DNA of 64,000 bases, taken from Octopus bimaculoides (taxonomy: Eukaryota). Of the stretch, positions 1 through 11,769 are shown in pieces. The stretch is from the NCBI RefSeq assembly GCF_001194135.2, contig NC_068994.1:35442520-35506519 (forward strand). Direction: 5' to 3'. Within the stretch, counting starts at the first letter, position 1. Each line of letters begins with the position of its first letter. The notes under the pieces were generated by a model that saw nothing but the letters and a program-made list of their open reading frames with translations, was not told where the DNA came from and searched no databases. The position numbers and the translations under genes were made by a program.

Positions 1-242
1 CAATAATATATATATTTCCATGCTGGGATGGGATGGAAAAGTATTTGCCTCAAAACCTTCAAAAACTCACCCAACCAATGGTCATATATNNNNNNNNNNN
101 NNNNNNNNNNNNNNNNNNNNNNNNNNNNNNNNNNNNNNNNNNNNNNNNNNNNNNNNNNNNNNNNNNNNNNNNNNNNNNNNNNNNNNNNNNNNNNNNNNNN
201 NNNNNNNNNNNNNNNNNNNNNNNNNNNNNNNNNNNNNNNNNN

Positions 243-277
<35 letters not shown>

Positions 278-279
278 TA

Positions 280-1080
280 CAGGGTGTGAGGGGTAATTTG
301 TTGTCATTTTATATTTTTAATTTTGCGAATGCACATTGTTTGTTTTTGATTTTGTCCATTACATAGTATAATAGGGACAGTTGGGTACCCTCTGTGAAAA
401 AAAGAGCACTATGACACATTTCACTCTGCCAGAAATTTGGAAACGACATGCTATACTACTTGGCATTTGCACTAGAAGCTACAATATGAACATTTCAGAG
501 TGTTTGGGTGTCAATCTGTAGACAATAAAATCTGAGGACATGTACTGAAAGTGAAAAAAAATTAAACATACAGACAACATCATGGTGTTTGGAATGATGC
601 TGACATTATACCTCCATTCATCTTCCCAAACAGCCCCACGCTCAAGTACCTGGAGGAGGTAGTGCTGCTCTGCGTCAAGAGAGTGGCTGATGGAAGACCT
701 TATGTCTGGCAACAAGACTCTGCACCATGCCACACAAGCAGAAAGGCCCAGCCCAGTCATAGCTGTCAGACAATTTCTGCGACCACATCATCCCTAACAT
801 CTGGCCACATAACTCTTCAGACTGCAACCCCCTTGATTATTATGTATTGGGCACAGTTGAGCGAGAGACCAACAAACTCCTTGTAACACCAAAGATGAAC
901 TGAAGGCAAGGATTATGGTAGCATTCATCAACTTAAACAAGGAGATCGTCCAGTTGCAGGAGATTTCAAAGTCATCTGGAGACCAATGGTTGATGCCAAT
1001 GGCGATTTTATTGAATAAATTTAGTCTTTAGTATTTCATGATATTTTTATGTAATTTTGATAAATATATCTGTTAAAATG
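280..1080 (+). mobile_element. Internally deleted Tc1/mariner maT (DD37D) transposon remnant
   Basis: Begins TA|CAGGGTGT. ATG at 411 starts an HTH-like N-terminus. Frameshifted catalytic region QQDSAPCH...WPHNSSDCNPLDYY with 37 residues between the last two Asp after removing a 5-nt duplication; ends ANGDFIE*. The right TIR probably lies in the gap at 1081. Confidence 0.85.
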
Positions 1081-1180
1081 NNNNNNNNNNNNNNNNNNNN
1101 NNNNNNNNNNNNNNNNNNNNNNNNNNNNNNNNNNNNNNNNNNNNNNNNNNNNNNNNNNNNNNNNNNNNNNNNNNNNNNNN

Positions 1181-1228
<48 letters not shown>

Positions 1229-1693
1229 TGCTAGCCTCCCCATATCTGTATATGAAGTCTTTGTAGCTGTGTGTGTATATATGTGTATATACATACACAT
1301 ATAAACACATGTTTGTATGTGTCCATATATAGATGTATGTATGCATATATCTATATCTATCTATCCATTTATCTATCTATCTATCTATCGATATATATAT
1401 ATATATACATGTACACACACTCACACACTGCAACATTGTGGCAATACAGAAGACTTACTTTCTGACTTTTACTCATGTGCAGTGAATATGATAAGTCAGC
1501 GTTTTGCAGTGACTGCGATTATTGCTTACACTGAGTTGTTTTGAATAGCATTAAATATTTACAATCAGCTGAACTTGGCAGTTTGATATTCAACTGTTTT
1601 AACAGATTCAATGCAATGCCATGCCAATCACATCAGTTACTAGTCCTGTACCATATTGGCTTATCAGTTGGTCATTTCAAAGACATATATGTG

Positions 1694-1768
<75 letters not shown>

Positions 1769-2774
1769 GTTTATATATATGTATATATAAGATATAATAT
1801 GATATTATATAATTCAATCTAATCTAATGTTATCTATCTACCTATCTATCTAATTGTCTGTCTGTTTGTCTATTTGTCCATCTTTTTGTATATATAAATA
1901 CATATATATGAATACATGTACATATGTATGTATGTGCATATGTATGTATGTAAGCACTTACATATGTATGTACATACTTATGTACATACATACATACATA
2001 GATAGATTGATACAGACAGACAGAGAGAAAGGAGAAAGCTGATTTGAATACTACAGATCCAATCCATCACTGGAACTGTAAAAGTCTGTAAAACTTTCCA
2101 GAAGCTTATCATTTAAGTATATATGAGCATTTCTAGATATGCAAGTATATGCATGAGAAGACATACATAAAACAATACATACAAATCTGCCCATATGCAT
2201 ACATATAGAAGTACCCTGTTGATGTTAAAATTCAAATGAAGGAGCATTAGTTCTTGGTTAGAAACTGGTTCTTTCTCTATTGGCAAGAAATCCTGAAATA
2301 AAACTGCATAATGACACACAGACACACACACACACATACACACATGCATACATGCACACACATAAAGCGTGACACTTTTTTGTTAACTCCAAAGCTTGTT
2401 TATTTCAAAAACGTAAACTTAAATAATACAATAAATAATCATGCAACTAACCCCACACCCTAAAATTAGTAGCCTTCTGCCAAAATACAATATAATTGTT
2501 ATTACTATTATTTTAAAACAATTTATTGTGATATTATTATCAGGTTTGTAGGTGTGGCACAGTTGGTAACACACTGAGCAATAATTAATTTTGTTGATTT
2601 AAGACTTAGTTCAAATCTTGCAAGTTAGCTTCAACATTTCATTTTATTTCACTAGGAAATATTTACTATATTCAGTTCAATAGACTACAGCTGCTTCAAC
2701 ATATCATCTGTGTATATCTGTGTAGATACAAATTATTTTATACACTAGAAATTTATATAGGATCAAGGCATTAC

Positions 2775-2810
2775 CTGCTGACTGGGATACACCAAAACCC
2801 AAGTAGCATG
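2775..2810 (-). other. Candidate 36-nt micro-exon of the protocadherin
   Basis: ttgttgtttctactcag acceptor and CAG|gtaatg donor enclose exactly 36 nt, 268 nt downstream of the exon-3 donor. Open in all three frames. No homology support. Confidence 0.35.
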
Positions 2811-3078
2811 CTGAGTAGAAACAACAACAGGCTGTTTTACTTTGTATATAGGATTAATATAGACTTTTTATGGTAACTTTTTTGTCATGTCAAAAGCACA
2901 AAATATATAAGTTATACATAAACATTTTGCTGATTGCTTGTGTGGCATACAAATTGCATGTATGGCTTGCTTGAGTGGCATGCTGGTACTTCTCAATAAC
3001 ATCAAAAATGAAATCAATCACATAACACGACATAAAAAACAGAAACATTCATTAAGAAAGCTTAAAAACAAACTTCAC

Positions 3079-3331
3079 CTTGGGTACAGCTGGTAATGGT
3101 TTTGCATAAGAGGTAAAGCTGTTCCTCATTGGTAGATTCCATGGTTGTGATGGACTGGCACTGCTAATTCTTAAGGATTTTAGATCAATAACATCATTAG
3201 ATGGAGCATTCTGAGTCACATTGGGTTGGTAAAAACATCTGGTACTGGTATCTTTAAGGTTTGAGAGTGTCTGTGGTAATATTGCATCGCTGCCTAGGCC
3301 CTTTAATTGTTCAGGCTGACTAGTTTTAACT

Positions 3332-3332
<1 letters not shown>
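3079..3332 (-). CDS. Pcdh: Protocadherin third coding exon (254 nt; ends ...QPWNLPMRNSFTSYAKPLPAVPK)
   Basis: Acceptor ttattcag before 3332; 84 open codons after the phase-1 split Gly; donor AAG|gtgaag at 3079/3078, or read-through to TAA at 3054-3052. No ATG-initiated ORF in this frame reaches 60 aa, so it is absent from the ORF track. The C-terminal motif resembles octopus protocadherin tails (recall). Confidence 0.82.
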
Positions 3333-3377
<45 letters not shown>

Positions 3378-4500
3378 AACAACAACAACAACAACAATAA
3401 TAATAATAATGATAATGATAATAATAATAATAATCAAAATCATAATAATAATAACAATAGTTTCAAATTTTAGCTCAGAGCCAGCAGTTTTGAGTGGAGA
3501 GTAAGTCAATTACATCAAACCTAGTGCTCGAGTGGTACTTATTTTATTGACCCCCCCCCCCATAAAAAAAAAAGATGAATGGTAAAGTTGACCTTGGCAG
3601 AATTGAAGTCAGAATGTAAAGCTTGCTAACAATTCTGCCAGATCACTGCTTTAATAATGATAATATTAACAATAAGTCTTTCCTCTTTGGGCACAAGGCC
3701 TGAAATTTTGTAGAGAGGTGCTAGCCAATTACATCGATCCCTGTACTAAACTGGTACTAACCCCAAAAGTATGAAAGGCAATGTGAACCTCTGTGACATT
3801 TGAATTCAGAATGTCGAGCTGTAAGATAAGCTACTAAGCCTTTTGTCTGATATGGTAATGAGTTTGCCATCTTTTTACTTGCCAGAAGGGTAAGAAATGA
3901 TGGAACATTACAAGTACAAATTGCGAAAAAAAGGAAGATGGTAAAAAAATGTGTAAAACATAAATGACATGAGTATGTTCCAATAGTAATAATAATAATA
4001 ATAATAATAATGGTATTAATTTCATTGAATACAAGGGTAGCAAAGTCACAGTATTACAATACAAGGCAAGAAATAATAATAACTGTAGTAATAATAGTAA
4101 TAAAATGATGATAATAGTAATAAAATGATAATAATAATAATAATAATAATGTTGGTGATGCAAAAGATGATAACAATAACAGTGTAGTAAAAGCGACAAA
4201 CAATAACAATAACAACAGAAAGTACAACAAAAAAGAATAAATACTGCATTAAAAGCAATGACTTGCAAACAGTCATTATCAAACAGAGATAACAAGTTCT
4301 ACATTAATTACTTTTCCACATTTTACTATCATACTGTATGTAAATCTTATCTCCTGAAAACAACCGGATGTTGTTAATGACAAAAAAGTGATGACGATAA
4401 TAGATTGCAATGATGATGATGATGACAAGATGATGATGGCAATGACAGTGAATGACCTCTTTTAAGGCAGCTCAACATTTGGTTGAAATGCATATTTTAA

Positions 4501-4719
4501 CCCTTTAACATGCAGATTTCTTTATCAAATGTAATGCTTATGTATTTACATTATTTTGAATTACTCATGCATTGTCTTAAAGCTTTGAGATTTCAATGAT
4601 GTGCTTCTTAACTTTCGGAATGACATTGTAGGGGAGGTGGAGGAGGCAAGATCTAGCTAGTTTGAACTTAAAATAAGAAGAATATTTGGGCTGGTATGAC
4701 CAGTCTAAATGCTAAAGGA
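4501..4719. mobile_element. piggyBac-like MITE (about 220 bp); other copies at about 27995-28224, 33828-34015 and 45181-45400
   Basis: TTAA on both sides; termini CCCTTTAACAT...ATGCTAAAGGA (AAAGGG|TTAA in the 45.4-kb copy); the four copies share the internal sequence in both orientations. Confidence 0.7.
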
Positions 4720-5820
4720 TTAATGAACTGATCCTTGAATATACAATAGATACACAAACATGAATTCTTGAGTCAAATGGAAGATGAAAAATAATATGAT
4801 CCTTTAATCTCACCAATGGTGAGGTTAAAAATTTCAATATAAGCCAACAAGGAAGTTTTTACATCAATCATGGGCAACCAGTTTTGAGTAGTAGTTCACA
4901 TGAGACATGGCTCATCATCAGGCATGAGGCCCTGATAATTTTTCATTGGCATGCTATTCAGAAAGTCTCACAGGTTACAGTTTGCCCATGACTGTTATAC
5001 ATGTTTACTCAACCTGCTAGTCTAGCATTAACAGCTAAACCTCTCTCTCATGAAACTCTGTTTTGAAATGGGTACAACAACATAGTACTATATATCATTT
5101 ATCTTTTACCTGTTTCAGTCATTGGGGTGTGGTCATTCTGAGGCACCACCTTGAAGGGTTTTGTCAAACCAATTGACCCTCTTATTTATGTTTTTGTAAA
5201 GTTTGTTACTTATTCTATTATTCTCTTTAGCCAAACTGCTAAGTTTTGGAGGTGTAAACAAGTTAACACCAGCTGTCAAGTGGTGTCGTTGGACAAACAT
5301 ACACACATATACTCACAAAAAATATACGTGCACACACACACACACACAAAACCTTCCACAGTTTCCGTTTACCAAATTTACTCAGAAGGCATTGGTCAAA
5401 CCAAAGCTGTAGTAGGAGATGTTCCACTGAGGTCAACACTAGCAACAAAAATACAAGTAGGAGAAGATTTTAGTAGTCTGACATTTTGGAGGTGGGCAGC
5501 AGGAGTGGATGGGTTGCTCAAGCAAAATAGAATGCCTAAGAAACATTGAAATACCTCTAACCAAAGATCCACAAATGTATTATGCATTTATGTATGCATG
5601 TGTATGTGTGTTTATTACATATATATACTTGTATTTCATGTTACTCTAATATATATGTGTACATGTTTATATAGCAATCAGACATAAAGTCACAGGTGAC
5701 CTGGAGCTAAACAACACCACCAAATCAGAACTGCAAATGTGAAATAAAAGGGTTGCATGGGTGGATGTGGGGGGAGTGCCCGACAGAAATTTGAAAATAA
5801 AAAATTTAAAAGGACTCCCT

Positions 5821-6218
5821 CTCTTTTACTTGTTTCAGTCATTTGACTGTGGCCATGCTGGAGCACCGCCTTTAGTTGAGCAAATCGACCCCAGGACTTA
5901 TTCTTTGCAAGCCTAGTACTTATTTTATCGGTCTGTTTTGCCAAACCACTAAGTTACGGGGACGTAAACACATCAGCATCGGTTGTCAAGCGATGTGGAG
6001 GGGGGCAAACACAGACACACAAACATACACACACACATACATATATGTATATATATACATATATACGATGGGCTTCTTTCAGTTTCCCTCTACCAAATCC
6101 ACTCACAAGGCTTTGGTCGGCCCGAGGCTATAGTAGAAGACACTTGCCCAAGGTGCCATGCAGTGGGACTGAACCCGGAACCATGTGGTTGGTAAGCAAG
6201 CTACTTACCACACAGCCA
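5821..6218 (-). mobile_element. tRNA-derived SINE family A (CORE-like ccttgggcaagt, internal TA/CA tract), best-preserved copy
   Basis: Minus strand starts TGGCTGTGTGG (A box) and GGTTCAGTCC (B box). Near-identical copy at 32281-32664; degenerate copies at about 5100-5420, 10390-10640, 11780-11950, 13180-13555, 25100-25255, 28285-28640, 28990-29200, 33065-33535, 40890-41345, 45780-45915, 50975-51365, 54190-54340 and 55640-55800. Confidence 0.9.
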
Positions 6219-8434
6219 AAGCATGAAACATTTAGTGAAGACTGTTGACAATCAGGGGAATAATAAAAACTCTTTCTACTATAGACACAAAGCCTGAAAC
6301 TTGTGGGAAGAGTCTAGTTGATTGTATTAACTCTAGTGCTTAGCTAGTATTTATTTTATTAGCTCTGGAAGGATAAAAGGCTAAGTTGACTTTGGTGGTA
6401 TTTGAACTCAGAACATTTAGCCAGAAGAAATGTTAAGCATTTTGTCTAGCATGTTAATAATTCTGCCAGCTCATTGCCTTAATCACAATGATAATGATCC
6501 TTTTTACTGGAAGCTCAAGGCCTCAAATTTTGGGGAAGGAATTAAGTTGATTACATTAACCCAGTGCATAACTGGTGCTCATTGAATTGACCCTGAAAAG
6601 GGGGAAAAGCAAGATTGACCCCAGCGGAATTTGAACTCAGGATGTAGCAGCAGATGAAATACCACTAAGCATTTTGCCTGGCATGCTAACGATAGTACCA
6701 GCTCACCACCTTAATAATAATAATAATCATAATAATAATAATGGTTTCAAATTTTAGCACAAGGCTACTAGTTTTTCAGGGAAAGTATAAGTCAATTACA
6801 TTGACCCCAATATTTGACTGGTACTTATTTTATCATCCCCAAAAGTACGAAAAGCAAAGAAGGACCTCAATGAAATTTGATCTCAGATTGTAAAGCATAA
6901 GGCCAACTATTTCAAAGCATTTTGTTCCAATGTAATAACTAAACTTCAGTTGAATTCTTTGTGAAGTGATATGTCTACTGAGTGGTGCTGCCCAAATCAC
7001 TAACATTTCAAAGGAATAATTGGAAAATGTCTAAAAATTGGAGAAAGTCGATAAATGGTGGGGCGGGGTTGGGTGGGGTGGGAAGGGAGTTTGCAAATCA
7101 TGGGATGTTGTTTCTTGGCATTGTCTTCACCATCCATCACTGTCATCATTGTTATCATCATCTTCATCATCATTATCAGCATCATCACTAGCATTACTGT
7201 AGACCTTTGTTATCAGTTGAGTAGGTCTACAATGCAACATTTTTCTACTTGCTTCAACCAGTGTCATCTTGACCAAAACTAGATCCCCTTCCCTGTGCTT
7301 TCCTCCAAAGCGTCTTGCTGCTCATATCTTTACACTTCATACACCCAGTAACTCTTTACCTGGTAATCTTAGCCATTTACATTAAATAATCAAATTATTA
7401 GCAGTTGTACCACCTAATCTTATCAGCCAACGTCTGATTCAGAGTCATTTGTTTCTAAGATTTACTCATGCCCAGTCTTTATCATAAATGGATGTATCAT
7501 ATTCAATAGGACTTAACCAAATCATTCAACTGTCTCATGCTCAACCATTTTCACTAATTAATATAGGACATGAAGCTGAATTTAATTAACTCGTATATCT
7601 TTCAGTTGCAGATCATAAGCATTCATTGCTTTCTCTGCTACACAGGGCATTCTAGTAGTAGTTTTGTCCTGAGCCCTAAGGTGCATCAGGAGAGTTATCT
7701 GGTTTCCATGGTATATAAGTAACCAAGATCACAACATTCCCCTTGAATAGGATGCTGGTCTTTCATCAGGTTACTCATTTCAAACTGAGTGAACTGATGC
7801 AATGTAAAATGAACTGTTTTGCTCAAGAACACAACACACTGGAATTGAAACCATGATCTAACAATCATTATTGCAACACCCTGACAACGAGGCCATGTAC
7901 TTTACAACCATGTGGTTTTGGGTTCAGTACATTGCTTAGAATTTTGGCCACATGTCTTCTACTATAGCTTCTGACAAAAAATGTGGAAAGCATATAATAT
8001 AAGTGTGTGTGTGTGTAAATGTAGATATTACATAGCTTTACTTAACACCAGCTGAACTAAACAGTGATGTTGACCTTTTTTGTTGATGTGCTTTCAAAAA
8101 CCTATGGAATAAAAAATCCATTACTTGAAAAAGAAGTAAAGATTTTACAGCATCCAGCTGTAAAAATCCTGTGTCAAATAAGTCCATGTTCAATCTATGC
8201 TAGCATGGAAAAATGAACAAACAAACAGGACTGCATTTGAGAAGAGTAAAACTTTTATTGCTGTCATAAGTAACAATGTTCTCAACTACCGATGATACTA
8301 AATATCAATTTCTGACTAAAAACAAGATCAGGAATTCTGACAGAGGGGTACAGATCTTTATATCAACTCTGGTAATTTTTTGGTATTTATTTTATTAGAA
8401 CTTGACCACACCAAGATTTTAAATCCTGAATATA

Positions 8435-8652
8435 CGAGGGGGTGCTGAAAAGTTCCTGGAATTAAAGGTATTGCGAAAGGCCTGGTTGGAAATCTAACCT
8501 CCCAAGTTCTTTTACAGGGCCTGAGAAAATTGTAGAACTGCTGCAATAAGTGTGTGAATCTGAGAGGGGAATATGTTGAATAAAATCATAATTAACTAAT
8601 ATTCCTGTATTTTCTTTTACTCAAAGCCAGGAACTTTTCAGCATCCTTCTTG
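8435..8652 (+). mobile_element. Mariner deletion derivative (MITE)
   Basis: TA on both flanks; TIR CGAGGGGGTGCTGAAAAGTTCCTGG / CCAGGAACTTTTCAGCATCCTTCTTG; internal GLRKL*NCCNKCVNLRGEYVE* is a mariner transposase C-terminus. Confidence 0.85.
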
Positions 8653-9496
8653 TAAAGGAACATAACTAAATACTGTCAGGAATTTTGTCTGTCATTACTA
8701 CCAATCCTGCCATCCAGAACCCCTAAACTAAATTAATTTTTTTTAACTGAAGCACACAGTCACAAAATTCAGTGTGAAGCAGCAGTTAAAGGCAATTATT
8801 TTAAAGATTGTTACATTCAATAGTAGTAGTAGAACCAATAGAAAAAAAAATTGCAATTAGTATTATATTAATACTGCAGAAGAACTGGTCATTATGAAAA
8901 ATAAGTATAAGACATACAATCTAATAAATGAAAGTATTAAAAAACCTAAATTAAGAGCCAGTGACCCTACAAAAATACATTAAAAAAACCCCCAAAATTC
9001 CCAGCAAAATAACTGAAACAAAGCAGGGAAAATTTAACAAAGCAAGGACAATTTAAGAAAGTGGAAACAATTTAAGCTGGAGTGGGGTAACATCAACAAA
9101 AGCAACACTGCACACACCTGAGGCATATGGAGATGATCCTGGTGATGCAATGAAGAACTCGCATCTATGAATAATAATACAACAATAATGATGACAATAA
9201 CAATAACAACAATGATAATAATACTGATAATGGTAATAATGATAAGAGTGATATTGATAATAGGCATTTTTAAAACATTAAATATAATAATTATAATGAT
9301 AATTTCATTTCTATTCAAGAACTTTACTTTTAAGAAATTCTTTTCTTAATTTGTTTTGGCACTAGGACAATACTTTGTCAATCAATTTGTCAATGACATT
9401 AATCAGTTTGTTACCAGGTCAATTCCTCATCAATATCCAAGTTGTAATGTCTCCAGATTATTTCATTCTGGTATTACTTTAAATACATAAATTTTA

Positions 9497-9683
9497 GAAA
9501 GTTAAAGAAGTGATTTTTAAATTCTCAAACGCAGGATAACGCTAATAATATAGCCTGAACAGGATAAGCTACCCCTATTTTGCAGAAAAAAGTGTTGGTG
9601 GCCAGGGGTAGCTTATCCTGTTCAGGCTATATTATTAGCGTTATCCTGCGTTTGAGAATTAAAAAATCACTTCTTTAACTTTC
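9497..9683. repeat. 80-bp inverted repeat (79/80 identical) with a 27-bp spacer
   Basis: Arms 9497-9576 and 9604-9683, read directly from the sequence. Confidence 0.95.
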
Positions 9684-10544
9684 CAAGACATTTCAACGGT
9701 TCTAAAAGCAAACTTCGTTTGTTTGTTTACGTTTATCGGAATTTGAATTTAACATAAAGTTTAGTTTTAATGATTTCCCCCCCCCCCCAATATATTAATA
9801 TGTCAATGTTATTTACATAACCATCTATAACTAGTGCTGGTGACACAAAGAAAAAGCATGCTGTGAAGTGGTTGGTATTATGAAGGGCATCCAGCTGGAG
9901 AAATCATACCAAAGCAGACACTGGCACATGATGCAGCCCTTGGGCCCACCATATTCTGTCAAACACTATCCAACCCATGCCAGCGTGGAATGTGGACATT
10001 TTGATGAGTGCAGTAGAATTGAGAAACTAAAATAATGAAGGAATTATACAAAAATAGGGATGTCATCTTAATCCATTCTTTGTTTTATTTTTTTTAACAC
10101 TTTTTTCAGTTTTTTGTTATTCCTCACATATTAACATAAAGAAGAGAAATCTGTATTTCTTAACATCTGTTCACTACCTCGTTCATGCCTCATTTACAAA
10201 CTTGTTGCTATAGTGACTGGCATAGTGATGAAGAACTGACAAGGCATTGAAGTGACTCAGTGACAATTTGACAAACAGATTGACATGGTAATTATTTAAT
10301 TATTTGATGGACAACAAATTGATTGGTAAAGAAGAGGTCAATGATGAATTGACAACATTTCATTGATTTCTTCGCCATATATGTGATTAATGAGTTTGCA
10401 ACCTTATGGTTTCAAGTTCAGTCCCACTGCATGGTATCATAGGCATGGGTCTTCTACTATAGTCTTAGACCAACCACAGTCTTGTGAATGGATTTGGTAG
10501 ATGGTGACTGAAAGAAGTGCATTGTGTATATGTATGTGTGTATA

Positions 10545-10627
<83 letters not shown>

Positions 10628-11719
10628 ACACACATACATATGTACATTCACACATGTGTGCATATATGTGTGTGTGTTTGTTGTGAAGGTATGTAGCTTT
10701 GTGGTTAGAGTTCTTGGCTCACAATTATAAAGTTGTGAGTTTGATACCTAGTGGCGTATTGAGTCCTTTAGCCAGATACTTTAATTCACATTTCTCCTGC
10801 CCCACTCAGCTGGCAAAAATGGGTTGTACCTGTAATTCAAAGGTCTAACCTTGTCACATTCTGTGCCTTGCTGAATCTCTTTGAGAACTACATGGGCTGG
10901 AACAATGTAAAATAAAGCATGTCTGTAGAGTGCTCAGCCATGTGTATGTTATTAATTTCTTGAATAGGTTGATCCAATGATCCGATCAACTGAAACACCC
11001 ATCAGAACCAATGAAGTGGCAGTGTGTGTTTGTGTTTTCTTGTCTTGGCATCACGTGATAGTTGTAAATGAGTGTCACTATCATATAAGCAGCATCATTC
11101 GTTTCCAGTATTCTTTGAAAACATATTTGGCCAAGGGGAAATATTACATTGCTTGTAAACAGGTGAGAGCTGGTGACAGCAAGGGCATCTAGCCACAGAA
11201 AATCTGCTCCAGCAAACTCCGTCCAGCTCATGCAAGCATGGAAAAGTGGACATTAAAACATTGATGATGATAATGATGATGAGGATGACTGCTACTTATT
11301 GCTTTCATTGATTGCAATGGAGTGAATAACAACATTTCCCTTAGCAAGATTTAAACTAAAAAGTACAAGAAACTTAATTAGATACGTTATGCAACACTTA
11401 TGAATGAAACATTCTCCCACCTCACCACACCAACTTTCACTTTAATCATGAGCAGCATGCAACTAGAACCTTTGCAATTGCTTCAAATGGTCTTGGTGGC
11501 ATTGATCAGGGCAACAGATTTAGCTTACTATTTAAGAGTGCAATAATCACTTTGGTTGGTTTCAACACAGATTTTGTCTGTCTAATTTCACTAGAGGCTT
11601 TTGTTAACTCACAGCTATGATAAAAGATAATTTCTGAAGTTGTTGCATTGTCATGTTGTACCTGAAGCTATAGGAATAGCTGTGTTATTGAGAAGTTTGC
11701 TGTGGGAGAGACAAACACG

Positions 11720-11769
<50 letters not shown>

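Noticed and set aside
5821-6218. tRNA genes at A/B-box-containing sequences
   Set aside because: They are SINE heads continuing into SINE bodies, without a complete cloverleaf.
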